A DNA stretch of 64,000 bases from Amoebophrya sp. A120 (taxonomy: Eukaryota; Protista; Dinoflagellata), in NCBI GenBank assembly GCA_905178155.1, contig CAJINV010000014.1, positions 840,116-904,115 on the forward strand, written 5' to 3'. The position numbers were made by a program, and so were the translations under genes. Below, in pieces: positions 13,307 through 27,000 of this stretch. How positions within the stretch are numbered: the first letter of the stretch is position 1; each line of letters opens with the position of its first letter. The notes under the pieces are model-generated. The model saw only the letters and a program-made list of their open reading frames with translations, was not told the DNA's origin and ran no database searches.

Positions 13307-15311
13307 TTTTTTGGTGTTTTACTTTTTTGCCCCTAAACGCAGCTGCTGATCTGAATGACTAGACTGACACACCACGCTCTCTTCGTCCAACAACACGGCC
13401 TAAAGTTTTGTATTTATTTTGGAAAACGTTCAAAGCGGTGGACGACGCTATTTCAAGGAAAAAAGCGCTCCAGATGACAAACGCCCAATGTTTGAAGCTC
13501 GAGAAATTTATATTTCTAGGAAATGGAAACCCAGTCGTGCCTAGATAAAAATAAAAATCTGGTTACGACTGACGACTGGGGGTCCGGAGTTGTTTCATTG
13601 AAAGTTGTTGGGTTGTTAGAAACTGGGTTCTTACCATGAAACTATATTTTTGAGCATCGTGAACTAGCAAGCAAGTACATAGGCGTGGTCACTCATTCGG
13701 CTATTTGGCTTCCTCTAGGTAGGATGTGAATTGACTTGCGAAACTGCTATGCTTGCTCCTTGCCTCTCTGGGTGGGGGGGGCGAATCAAGATTTAAAGCA
13801 ATTCAGTATTTCGATCCATGAACAATGTGAAGCTCTATGGAAATGTAGAAGTTGTTCCCGTTTTCGTCTCTGCGTGCAGGCATCAGAAAAGGATCGGGTA
13901 TTCTGCTCATCACGTTCACGACATACTCATCAATAAAACGTTGAAATCAAAGACAAACAAATAACCCCCGGATCTTCTACAAGGAATTACTCGGCGTGTC
14001 TCGTAAAGAGGGCACAGGACGGGGACCAGAAGAACTACTACAAGCAGACGAGGCATCCACTGAAATACTCAGATATGACCCATTCCTAATGAATGTGGAT
14101 CCGAAACACTCTCAAAGGAACACTCGCCCTTGCGATTGCCATAGCCAAGGGATCGTGTTGCCTATGCCTTGTTGCTCTCTCACTCGGCTGAAGGAAATAA
14201 ATGCACATGATCGCGAGCCAACGAAACCACACGACCTAGGAACACCACTTCTTCGCTCAGCGTCGCCGCCAGGGATGCCCTGACTCCCGCGCTGTTCGTG
14301 CTGGCTAGTGAAAAATAAAATGCTTCACCGTCAAACCTAAGCTCGCGTTCCCCGGAGCCTGACTTGCCACCGAAATTTGCAATTTGTGCTAAAGAAGACA
14401 ATCTGCACGATGGCATCCGACACCACTAGATTCATGTAGTTGGTCGAATATTACGTACTTACTTCAAATTGGTCGCGACGGGCCAGGCTTCTTCCGTAGA
14501 GGTCCTCTTCGACCACACTTCTCAAGAAGTAAAAGTCCTACCTTGGCCTTGCCTTGCGACTGAGAAAATAGGTAGTATAGTAAGTAATATCGAATAGTTA
14601 GGGTTTTGGCTTGTTCTTCAGAAACAAAAAAAGCCGTTTGCTCAACTGAAACAGGAACCATGTATGATGATACTAGTTTGACTTTGGGCGAAAACAAAAA
14701 TAAAGGGCTACTTTTGATTGTGAAATGGAATTAAAGAGAAAAAACTAAAAAATGCTAAGGATAGAGGGGCACATTACTCCTTCAAAACCTATCCCGCGGA
14801 TTCGGAACCTACTCGTCGAGAGACAGACACTCATCCATCAGGCGGTTTCTCCCGAGGTTCTGCACCAACGGGATATGCAATTCGCCACGTGCTGGCTCTT
14901 CTTCGTGAGAAGCTACAGGCTATGTACTTGGTAAAGAGTGGCGCGATACTTGGTAAGGAGCGGTGTGCGCGTGGTGATGTATCGTCCGAGGAGAAATTAT
15001 TTAGTATCGTTTGAGACTTGTTGAGGGTAAGCGACGTCTTCTAGGCAATCGAGATATTCTCTTACGCGGAGAACATCTAAGTGTAACCACCGAAAAACTT
15101 TTATGTAAAATAAGCACAAGCGAATTAAAATCCTGCGGAACATGTAGAAGACAGAGATACATTTACAAATATTGCATACAGAAAGAAACAACTCCTGACT
15201 TGCGCAACTCTGTCTTTTAGTGGTGATACTCATACTGCTATTAGTCAAATAGAAATTGAAGGAAGCTGGAGCACCCACACTAGGATCATTGCAAAAAACG
15301 TATAAGGTTTA

Positions 15312-15734
15312 CTACAACGCGCAGTGCTCATAGGACCCGCAATTAATGTTGAGTTCATCCGATCCACAACCGCAACTAACCATCACATCAAATTTTCTTT
15401 CGTTTTCGTGACAGTGATCCGACAGAGAGATGCCTCCGCAATCGCTGGCAACACGCTTTTCCATTTTCTTCGCGCCCGGGCCATTGGCAATTTCTTTGCG
15501 CAGGCTTTGGAGCTCATTGATGTGCTTGTCTAAATCATCCAGGTCCTTGTACTTCATCTTCTCTTTCTTGTGCTTCTTCCCACCAGCGACGACGCGCTCA
15601 TGCTGCATGAACCCCGAGGGGGCGTATTCGCTTCCTTGCCAAAAATGCGTCGTCCGGCGTTGTTTCTCCTGCGCCGCGTAGACGCCCCCCCCCAGGGGAT
15701 GCACAGCGGCGACGAGGGTGACTTTTTTCATCAT
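15312..15734 (-). CDS. Small hypothetical secreted protein with Cys-rich C-terminus
   Basis: Intronless 140-aa ORF, hydrophobic N-terminus, 6 Cys in the last 45 aa, A-rich start context. Confidence 0.55.
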   Translation of the reverse strand: MMKKVTLVAAVHPLGGGVYAAQEKQRRTTHFWQGSEYAPSGFMQHERVVAGGKKHKKEKMKYKDLDDLDKHINELQSLRKEIANGPGAKKMEKRVASDCGGISLSDHCHENERKFDVMVSCGCGSDELNINCGSYEHCAL

Positions 15735-17412
15735 TTTCCACGCGGATGTTGGATTTGTCTCAACACACGAAACTACTTCGTTAACAAGTTTTAAGTAACT
15801 TTGTTTTTCCGCCGTTGCGAAACAGCTAAAAACGTTTTTCCTTTTCTCACCTCGGGTGAAAAAAAAGACGCGGGAACTGGACTACAATTGCAAGACTTGT
15901 TTATTATAGCAAGATCGATCGAGCATCCACCTTCACTTCGTGTACATGTTCCACCTGCTACTGTTAGTGTTAGTCTTAGTCTCTCTCCGCTGCATAAGAA
16001 CTAACCCGCAACGGCGAAGATGAGGGGGAGCAGAGCTAGAATACAGGTGAAAATAAAGTAGAATTATGGACGACTACTATGTATAGATTTTTTTGCATTG
16101 ACGTACGACAGGGTGATGATCCCCTCTGAATTCCAGCTTCGACGAAAAACTACGGAGATCAAGTGCTGTCGTGACACGCACGAAAAGCCGGGGATGCCCT
16201 TCTTCTATCGCATTTGCACGCACCTTTTTCATAGGATTAGGAGTATTACGACGTACTCAAGTATTTTATGTCGACCATGTGCCACGGAATAAAGCTAAAG
16301 ATAAAACCGCTAGTACGACGATGACGACAACGACCCGCGATGGACGACCTGATTTCTTTCGCACTACACTACACGACGAACTACTTCTCGTTGTGCCTAG
16401 TTGACGACTTGAGTATGCACGAGGACGAAGGCCATCACCCAAATCCAACTAACTGCACGAAGGACGTCGGCTTCACGCTTACGACTTCTACGGATCTGAT
16501 TTGCAAAAACACATACGAAAATCAGAACGAAGCTCGACGACGGATTGTACTTCACGAAATGATAGAAGAGAAATTGAGCATGATGGGAAAGTGGTCCTGT
16601 CAGTCACTCTGGAGGTACTGGTTGTACAATTATAGCACATTAGACGTAGAAAAACTACCGGCAGAACGAGCAAGAGCGACGCTCACGGTAGAAGCCGAGT
16701 GCTGCTGATGAACACAAACCCGAACGGAAAAACACGAAGCTACCGAGCACGACGCTTTCCGTCTGCCGCATCGCCTTTAGCACGACCACCCAAATTCTTC
16801 TATCTTTCCTCTCCAAAAAGGTTTTGATACAGGTTAAAAATATCGTTGACACAGAGACGATCTCAGCATCTCGCCCCATCGCCGGAGGACGTACTTAATA
16901 TGGAAACACCCCGGGTTCTCGCGCTCCGTGCCAACGATTCTTGCATTTTCCAGCATTTTCCTAAACAGGACTACAGTTCATTTCGTCTGCGATAACGGAT
17001 AACGTAACAGTAAGCACAAGTGGATAAAATTTGTAACACGTGAATATCTTAAAGGCTTCATTCTAGCGGAGTAGATGAAGTGGCCTTCTTTATTGCACAT
17101 TTGGTATAAGATAAGTGGAAGTTAGTAGCCCATTGGTTCATTTTTTCTGAAAACAAGGTTTCACCCCTCACAAGGAAAGTTCAAGATGTTCTTCTTCTTG
17201 CACATTGGTGGTATAAAAGATCGCGAAGGCACAACATCTACTGGATGTGCTCCACCTATGCAGTTCGTTGCCTCGTTCTGGTGGCCCCCGTGGCACTGCA
17301 CTGCAGTTTTGCATATATTCATTTTGACACGGATAATTCAAACGTGAGACGTACAACTATCATGAGTTGGAACTCAGAGAAAGTAGGGAAACCACACCTC
17401 TGGGTGAAAAAT

Positions 17413-19867
17413 TTAGTGCCACGGCACGGGTGGCCGGGTGTGTTTGCGCGCCAGATCCCGCCGGTCCGGGGCGGTCTTCAGCCACTGGTAGGTAAAATGC
17501 TTCGGGTTGCTGTCTGTGCCCAGCTTCGACTGCCTGTAGGGGTACTTCTGCACAATGTAGCTGTGTCGCTTGTCGCGATTCCGCTTCTCGGCCTCAGTGC
17601 GCTTCCGACCTGAAGGATTTGCATTTTTTCCCAGGTGGATCATGAATAATTCACAGGGTGCGATTTATTATATCGTTTGTTTCGCGATAATCAACATCGC
17701 ATCACACTGGGGATGAACAAAAGCTCAAAGACATGAGAGTGAGCGCAGTAGATGGTAGAAAATGCAACTTAACCAACCTACCTGGCTCCTCCGCAAAGGG
17801 ACTGGCTGGCCTCAGAAGGGGATGTGCCAGCGCTGGTTCGGAAGCGAACGGCAGTTCCGGAAATTCTTCTTTCATTTCCTTTGCGGTGTTCTGTAGACTT
17901 GGATTCTGCAGGGCAAACCCGGGAAATCGCTGTCTCTCCTTGTGAGTTACCTACATTTCATTTGTGTATAAAAACTCGCACAAATCCATCGCCGTTCGTG
18001 CCTGGATTTTTGATTTTGAGGGCCCTCGGTCAAGATCCACGAGAGCACGGCCACGCATATATTTTGATCGGTGATTGAACCTCCTCTGCAACTGAAAAAA
18101 CGAAGAAGTGGACTCGAGGTAGTACTTAGACAAAACAAAACAAAAACAAGCCGCGCCTAATTATACCCTAGAGCTGAAAAACAGCATTTTTGCTTCCTGG
18201 GTGAGTTTACACTTTTCGCATCCGTGCATTGCCCACCACCATGCCACGTTGCTGGGATGCTGGTCGCAGAAAGAACCTAAGTATTTGGGCGAAGCAGCAT
18301 GACAAAGACAAAGTGGATCCGTTTCCAACCATCAAAGATAAAATCTAAATTTTCCTCGCCATGATGCATGAAAACTTATCTCATACTTTCTTACCTTGAA
18401 ACACGTTTTCTGGTTTTCCATTCTCCAGTGCTCCTTGGACCAGCGTTGCGGCTTGGTGTATGGAAGAACCGAGAAGCGGCCATCATGTTGCAGTAGGTTT
18501 TGGCGCAGGACAGATCTTTGCTATATATCATGCTCAGCGCACATCGCTCATGCGCGAGGCCGTGATTATGCCATGCAGAAACAAAAGTTTGTCATGCGCA
18601 ACATGCGCTTACAGGTATGCAATATGACGTTGATTTATCACTTTCCTATCCCATGATCTTCTGCTGAAACTCTTCAGGTTCTTCTCCGATTTCGATTCTG
18701 TCAGAATTTCGGATTTGTGATCAAAATCATGCGGAAACAGAAACAAAGTTATGGGAAGCAAGATGACATCAGAGTTATTGCAATTTCTGATGCAGATGCA
18801 ACAAGTCAGCAACAGAAATATGTATACGTCCCTTGTATTGCTTCTTGTAGCGCCACGGCGCTGTCTTTTCCCAGTGTGTGAACGCATCGGTTGTTATCAT
18901 GAGGAAAAATGCCCCCTCCCCATATCGAAAAGAAGTTTCTGATGCTGGATTTCCATACACAAATCAGATTTGTCTTGCAGTAGAGGAATGCAGGCATATG
19001 CCAAGCCTCAGCCGCGAGGTTTTGACGTAGGCGCCTAGCATGACAAACGCGCATGCTCTGAGCCAAACAGCATCACAAACCGCCTGAAAAATGCGGAACG
19101 CTTTCTGGACTTGCCTTCTTGCATGACAGACAGGATTTGAGGTCACAAATGCGCATCACAAATTTTCAGACGGATACGTTTTCGATATGGGGAGGGGGAT
19201 TTTTCCTTTTGATAGTTGTTTGTTCGCGGAGCCTTGGAAGCGTCCGCCCGGACGGCAAGGTCGCACTAGCACGGAGCAAGTATCCAGTTGTAGTTCAAAA
19301 GTTGTTGTAGTGCCATTGTTGTATCTCTACAACGTACACATTTCTGTATGACTCAAGTACACTTGTTGTTCCCACAAGGGTTTCAGCATGGCGAAGCCGT
19401 CAACTTTCTTCGATCGTTATCGCACTTTTTTTACTACATTTGGACTTTCTCATACATCGACGCATGGTTGTGCGATTATAGTACAGAAGAAGTACTACAT
19501 ACAGGAACTTTTGCAATGCATACTTCAACTCCCTGGTCAAACCCGTCGAGATCTTCTTGAAAAAGCTCCTTCCAATATGAAAGTGCACAACTCCCCCTCC
19601 CCCTCATTTGTTGTATTGCATGAACAGCAATACAAGCATCAGCAAGATTACCGGTTTTGCATGACAAATTTGGGCAGGATTGTAGTGCTATTTGGGCTGC
19701 TAGAACTTGTCATGCAAACATTGCCAAGAGCCACGGCGTAAATTAGGCATTTTGCATGACAAATGAGGGGGAGGGGGAGTTGTGCACTTTCATATCCAAT
19801 CCTCTGGCGGCCTGGACTTTGACGTCGGAAGGATCCGGGTACCCTCAAAGTCCGGCTCCTCCGACAT
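17413..19867 (-). CDS. Hypothetical multi-exon protein (exon chain only partly resolved)
   Basis: MSEEPDFEGTRILPTSKSRPPEDW|KELFQEDLDGFDQGVE reads in frame across element 19576-19794; further GC-rich exon-like segments run to a stop at 17413. Confidence 0.35.
18895..19214. mobile_element. Introner family C (TIR tatc..aggaaaaat.ccccctccccatatcgaa)
   Basis: Long TIR; direct repeat GTTGT. Confidence 0.9.
19576..19794. mobile_element. Introner family D (TIR tatgaaagtgcacaactccccctccccctcatttgt)
   Basis: Perfect 36-nt TIR; direct repeat TCCAA. Confidence 0.93.
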
Positions 19868-21068
19868 TTTATTTGCGTTTATTTCTTTCTCGGTTGTTGT
19901 ACAGTGGTGCTATCGGTTCTCTTCAGAATCAGACCTAAACATACTTATCGTTGTCTCGTCCCGTAGCTAGTACGCGTACAAATCAGTGTTGGTTTCGTGA
20001 AACCGAAACGACAAGAAGATGCGAGAAATAAATATTCTTGCAGCTCCACGACCGTGCTGTAGGTGTCGTATACCGGCCGTTTCCGCAACCAAAAGATAGC
20101 GACAAAGTAAAACCGTGTTCGAAGATCGGTCGAAACTAGTCCAGCGAGAAAACTTTTTCGTCCGAAAAAATTCTGCACGAACGTAGTTGTAAAATGTCTA
20201 CAACTTGTGTCTGTCTCTAGTACAAGCCCTGCGGCGAGCTCTCTCACCCCATGAACTCTCTCATCCCATGGTATCTATGTACACAGTGTCACGATAAGAA
20301 TTCTACTCCGTAGTCTCTCACGGTAGGCTGCGTTGTACTTCGATATTGCAAAAATTCTTCGAGATGACGATGCCGAGATAGAACCGCCGAGGCCGACGAA
20401 GCGAAAACAAAGAAGATAAAATGCGACAAACCGCTTCGGATCAACGAACGGAAGCGGTGGCTGCCTGTCAGTCACTTTTCTGCCCCATGTTGTGGCTCGT
20501 CAAGCAAGCGCAGGGAGGGCAAAATGGGTGCCCAGCCCGGAGCAAATGAAACTTCTAATAGGATACAAATACATACAGGGTTATGTTGTAGATTTTTCTT
20601 CGTCTCTTTTTCTTTTGGTACATGAGAAATTTCTAAATCAACAAGCGCAAAGGATGTTCGTGTTTCTGCTCTTTCATTCGACCACACTTTCGCTACTTCT
20701 TCGGCATTTTCCTCGTGACGTCAAATCTCAATGGATTTAATTGCGACTTGAAATACAACCGTGGTGAGATGTTGATCATGCTTCAGATTCTCGAATTTGA
20801 GGAGTAAGTAGGTACCCTAGCACCGCCGTGCTGTTGGTCCTCATCCCCATGCTAGTACAAATCGGGTTCTTGTATGGACGACGGTGTCGTTTACTCTTAC
20901 TCAGAAGTGAGTGTATAGCTTTAGCTTTTCATTTTGGAATATTAAACTGGCTCCGCTTCTAACCGACGTCGAGTCGAGTGATTTAGATTTTTATTCTAGA
21001 GTGGCGAAAAATTCCAAGTCTGACACAAGCTGAGTCTCATGCTGTGTCCGCATCACAGATATTCCTTC

Positions 21069-24000
21069 CTACTCCCCGTACATTTCGTCGATCAGCTTGC
21101 GGTAGTTGTCCTAGAGAAAAAAGCAGACAGGGCATATTCGTAATGCAAAAACAAATACACAGAAAAACCTGTCATGGACGGCCCCATAGCATGCCGTTTT
21201 CTAGGATCTGCTCATTTTTTTGTGTGTTTATTTTTGCATTACAAATGTGACCTGCCTGCTTTTTTCTGTGTGATAGTACTTGTCCATCACAAACGACCGC
21301 TTCAGCCTCCTATCCCGTGCAAAAGTAGTGTCGCAAAATCAAAGTACCCAATCTTCGTCATGAAGACAAACAAAGCTCCCTTTCAACACTCGTACCAGCA
21401 AACTAAAGCTCCTTCAACTTGTCATGCATACTTGCTCCCCCTGATCGATGGTGTCAGTATTCGTTAAACTGCCTGGTACATGACCTCTCTCACACTACTT
21501 TCGCACTGCGTATTTCATTGTCGGTGTCAACTCTTCGCCGGCAACGGAAAAGTCGCAGGGTAGGATTTTGAACTTCTGGATTTTGCACGCGTTGGACGGG
21601 TATGCATCGCAACCAGGTCTCTGGGTCTGGTCGTTCAATCATGCAAAGTTTTTGGTTTGTGATGCTTGTCCAGCAACGCTGCAGTAGTGCATGGTGTGAA
21701 CCAACGGCAATTCGTAATAGTCACGACTCCTTTGATGTAAGCCTAGTATGCAACAATGCGACTGCAGGAGCTCCTCCTGCGGAATAGTACGCGCGAAGGA
21801 CGTGGACATGATAAATTCATCTTCCACGACCACGGGTAGCTTGGAAGAAGCGTCACAACCCTTCCCGACCCAGTCCCAGACGAACCAATTCTCATGCATA
21901 ACGGCACGACGGAGCTTTCCTGGTTCACCGCCTTCAGGGCCGATTCCAGGTACTTCTGCACGGCCGGATCTTTCTGCGCCCCGGAGATCGTTTTCGCGCT
22001 CGAATTCAGCAGGTTTACGCAATCCGGGGTGAGTTGGTCCGTACCAGGCTGTTATGAATTGAAAATACGTCGGGGTCTAGAAATTCAAATGCAAATCTGT
22101 GTTGCAGGAGCTGATACCGATAATAAATCCGATACTTGCATTGCGGAGGGACCCCTCGCATGGCATAGAAACAGCGTTAGAAGTTTAGCGAGGCTTTTTG
22201 CAAATTCATGACAAAGAACTCCCATCGTCCACCACAACAAAAAAAGATACCTTAGTGAACTGTAAAACTTCAAATTTCGCATTACAAATCCAGACCCAGA
22301 AATATCAGCATATTTGCCATGCATAGCTCCAGGCCTGTTGCGCCGACCGCTTTCAGGCTGATCAGGCACGTGTTGTATTTCTTCTTGTCGCCGACCATCA
22401 TTACATTGCTGATCGCGGGAAAATATGCATTGCAAAAGCATCGCACTCGTATAAATGCATTACAAATTAACTCAGCATGAGAAATAAAATTTGTAATGCG
22501 AGCGGTGTTGCCGTGAGAAAGAGATTTGTAATGCATGACTGCAATTACTACGAGTGCGATACTTTTGCACAGGATAGAAAATTCGTCTGAAGCCAGTTCT
22601 CGATCGGCACGGGCGCGATGTTCTCCCCCCCGCGTGTATCGTGCGGAAAAAAGAACGTCCTTCACGCGAAATAATTTTTGCGATGTAAAGCTCGAATGTG
22701 TAAGCGGCCTGGTCCAGAAATGCAAATGCTCTTGCAACTTAAATACACTTACACCGCTGCCCCTGGCTCTGATCAGCTACTTAGTTACTTTCTTAGGATA
22801 GAGGCTCCGTATCGACAGATGCAAGCATACAACCTACTAAGCTCTACCAGGATCATTTACTCTTCTCATGCACAACGAACAAACGTGACACTCCGTCATC
22901 TGTGTATAGTAATAGCGTTGACAGCTTGTTGCCACGACGTCGGGACGTTTTTACCACGCTGGATACGCCGTGATGATTAGCTCCTTATACCGCCCGGTGA
23001 TACGAAGCATGTTCGACGCGGAGACGCAAGCCTGATAGTAAAACAATTTTTGTGACACAATATTTACTCGCAGACAACAACCATTGAACCTAGTCCAAGA
23101 CTGTGTTCTCTACTTCCGTGCGTATGCAGGAGGAGGAGCCAGTATGTACTTAGTCACCCTTGTGCGCACCGCAGCGCTGGAAAATGTTCAAACATGTTTC
23201 AGATGTAAAAGCACTAGTCGTTTGGGTTTCATCGGTTTGGATTATTACTTTGCAGCTAAGTATATCCTGAGTAAAAACGTACCCACACCAGAGTCAGGAT
23301 GGGGATTTTGCAGCACAAACCTAGGAGCTTTGTGAGTCACGCATGACAAGTTGCGCTATGCAGTGTAGTGCAGGTTAGCAAGTGCAGCCGCATCACAGAT
23401 TCATCTGCTCATCCTGTTTACAGCATCACAAATTCCAAAACACGACTGGAAATGGCTCTCATGGGGATGCGCATTACAAGTCTTCCTGTCTTTGCAAATC
23501 AGCATTACAACTCTGGTGTGGGTACGTTTTTACTCAGGATAAAGTAAGTTAGTACCTTATCACCACTCCTGACCCAGCCCTCGTCGTCGATTGCCTCCGC
23601 GGTTTTCTTTTGCAGCTCCGCTAGATGTGTGATGTGGAAAAATTGTAGAGACCGTCGGTCCTCAATAGGGTTGACGTAGTACACATCAATGCAAAGTGCA
23701 CTACAACCTCGGATGAAAACGAGAACGAATGTTGAGCTCAAGCATTCCAAGCATTATTCTTGCCATCTTCGGAGGTTGTTGTCCTTCAAGCCGCTTTGAG
23801 AAATGCAAAAATCTTTACTAACTATGCAGACTACAACGTCCCGACGGTGCTCCGAAGGAGAAAAACAGAAGAAAGACTTCCGCCGTGCATAACGTGCTGG
23901 GCGCCAAACCCGGGGTTTGCCAAATACCCCATCATCACGTTTCTGCCGCGGTAGCACAGTTCGCCCTGCTCTTTCTCCGTGGGCTGGAACACGTTGATGG

Positions 24001-27000
24001 CGGGTGGCGTCTGGAATTTCTTCGTTGCGTCAGACATCGTGTCGAAGACCTTTATTTCGAAGCCCGGGGCGGAAAACCCCACGGTTGCCCACAACGTCCC
24101 GCGTATGGGAGTGTCAGGATCGAAAGCGACAAGATCGAAAAATTTGCAATGCATAAAATGTAGGGCACGCAATGCCTGTGTTGGGGAGCAGGCAAATGAG
24201 ACCGATTGCAAGCCTGGTGTGTAGGGGGGGGCGATGTGCTGCCAGAGTAGCATGACAAGAGCGGTCTTCTTTTCCCAAACAGCATGACAGACTGGAGTTT
24301 GGTGCTCCCGAAATTTGCCATGCGCCACTTGGAAACTGAGGCTCCAACGCAACGGGCATCAATTTTATGCATCACAAATTATTTCGATTTTGGTGATTTC
24401 GATCCTGACAGTTCCATACCGCGCAGGCTCGATGTGGTGGCGAGACCGGTGGATTCCGACATCGCGAAAACTTCGAAAATAGTGACCCCCAGCGACCCCC
24501 AGTACTCGTAGGTTTCCGGGTTCATGGGCGCCGCACCGGTGACAGCAAACTGGAGCTTGTCTAGCCCGATCTTCTTGCGGACCAGACCCGTCACCGTGTT
24601 GGCAAGACCTGGCGAATTTTGTATGTTTAGCTTTGGCTTTGGTGGGAGAATCGCATCATATCGATGCGAATACCCTGCGCAGCAGATTGATCACAAAGAA
24701 CTCTTTGTAGAGTAGTGTTGCAAAATCGTAGATTATCCGCATGACAAAAAATGGCAAAAATCTTTTGGCAAATTGATCAATACCCCACTTCAGCGGGTAT
24801 TGTCCGTTCCCCCCGAGGAGGCAGTTTTTGGAGTGGATCAGGCATTTCATCTTCGCCCATTGACTCAGCCACTTCATGGGGGGTTTCACTTTCGCCCCGA
24901 CGGCTTTCATCCCTTCCGCAAGCTTTTCCCAGACGCGGGGCACCCCGAGGAAAATCGTGGGTCGGATGGACGATTATGCGTTGCAAAAGTTAAAGCATCG
25001 TACACTTGTACTGGTATTTAACTGGATTGCATTTTTACTTCAAACGTTACTAAAATAGAATTTGTAATGCTGATCTCGTCCCTAAGTTCGGCGATTTGTC
25101 ACTTATGATTGCCAATACCACGAGTACGAAGATATCACTTTTGCAATGGATAACTCCATCCGCTGCACAATGGTGGCCTCCGAAAGATCGTACTTGCGTG
25201 CAAAATACACCTGATATTGATAATGGAAGACACTACATTTTTTTCTGGAAGTACTTCAGTAATTAACAACTTGTGATGCAGTGGAAACTCGAACTTGAAC
25301 ATGAAGCGAGAAAGAAGTGTGACGCAAAAACTACGATCTCAAGACCTTACGGCACAGTAGTCCCAATAGCAGTACATACCGTGGCCGGTGTCGAGAATTT
25401 TGCGGTAGCAACAATCGGAAAAACGACGTCCAGCATGAGCCCGGCAATGTGCGAGAGTGGCAAGTAGGAAATGAGACGCTGCGGGCCCTTCAGTGTTCCC
25501 GTGGTGTGTTTTATCCTGTGTAGAAACGTCCCCGCCGCAGAGTTGTCATGCTAAACAGAATTGCGGCACACTTGTCATGCGGAGTGGTAATTACAGGAGA
25601 CGTTGTCACGTTTTGGAATTTGTGATGCTGCCAACGGGATAAGGAGATGGCTTTGTGAAGTGGCTGTCCTTTCTAACGTAACCTGCACTACAAAAATACA
25701 GCGAGAAAATTGTCATGCTTAACTCCTAAAACTTCTGGATTTGTCTTGCAAAATCCAAACTTGTTGACTATCGGGCGGAGACGTTTCTAATCAGGATATG
25801 CTTCAGGCCGAACTCCTTCTTCGAGTCGTAGACATGTTCGTACAGCCCTAGACATATGCATTGAAAAACTGCCGTGTTTGGTACAAATTGCATATCCAAC
25901 TTCTTTCAGAAGGAAAAATGGAATTCGTATCAAGTATGCTGATTCTCATTCTGCTCAGGACTGAAATTTGTCATGCGTGGCTGCAATCTCACATCAACCT
26001 ACGACTTTTTCACAGCATAACACAGGCGGTCGAGCAAAGGTTGTCGTGGGAGAGCATGGCTTATGCATTGCAACTATCGATCTGGGTCCGGATTTGTCAT
26101 GCGCAGACTTCAAGGACAGCAAGATCTGTGATGCATGAATACAAGTCGCCAACATTTTTGTCGTGCTGAAACCCAGTAAGTCATGCGTTTCTTTGATTGC
26201 GCCTGAATCTGCAATGAGCCTCGCGAAATTTCTGATGCTGTTGTGCCGCACGAGTAGCTACACTCTGCAATACAAGTGTCAGCAACACAAGTTCACTCCA
26301 GAGACCCAGGAGACATACCAATTTGCAATGCATACGACCCCCTTGGGCATCCCGGTGGTCCCGCTTGTGTAGATCAGCACGCAGCAGTGCCCGGGCTTGA
26401 GTTTCGCTTTATGCATTGCAAATATGTCCTCTCAGTCTGGAAATTTGTATTGCGTGTCTGGCATTCCTCAAGAAACTGTGCTGCATGACCGAAATGAAAA
26501 AAGCACAACTTTTTTTTTGTCATGTTGCAAAAACGCAGTTTCTATATGCAGGCTTAGCAAGAGACAATGAGGAAAGATCTTGTCATGCTTGGGTGCACTA
26601 CTTGAAAGTCGTCTCAGACCCCTTCTCCACTCATCCACATTTGTTCAGCTGTATACACAAGTTTACTCCCGTGGAAATGGACCGAGATGACATATTTCCA
26701 CTCGATACGCCTGTCGTTCCTGCAGCACCGCAGCACCTTTCCCCTGGCCGATCGCCACTAGTTGGGGCCAGGTGATCACCTTCAGGCCAGCCGTATCGCA
26801 AGAAAAAGGTGCTACAGTTACACATTGTCTTGCAGGCCAAGGACAGGCAAGCTCTCTCATGCCGGATATGCATACAGGCCTCGTTTCATAGGTGTTTTCC
26901 CGTAGGATTTCTGCATTACAAAGTTTTCTCACTCACGCAGAGAAATTTGTGTTGCTAAATTGACTACAAATGTGTAACTGTAACACTTTTTTCGTGGGAT

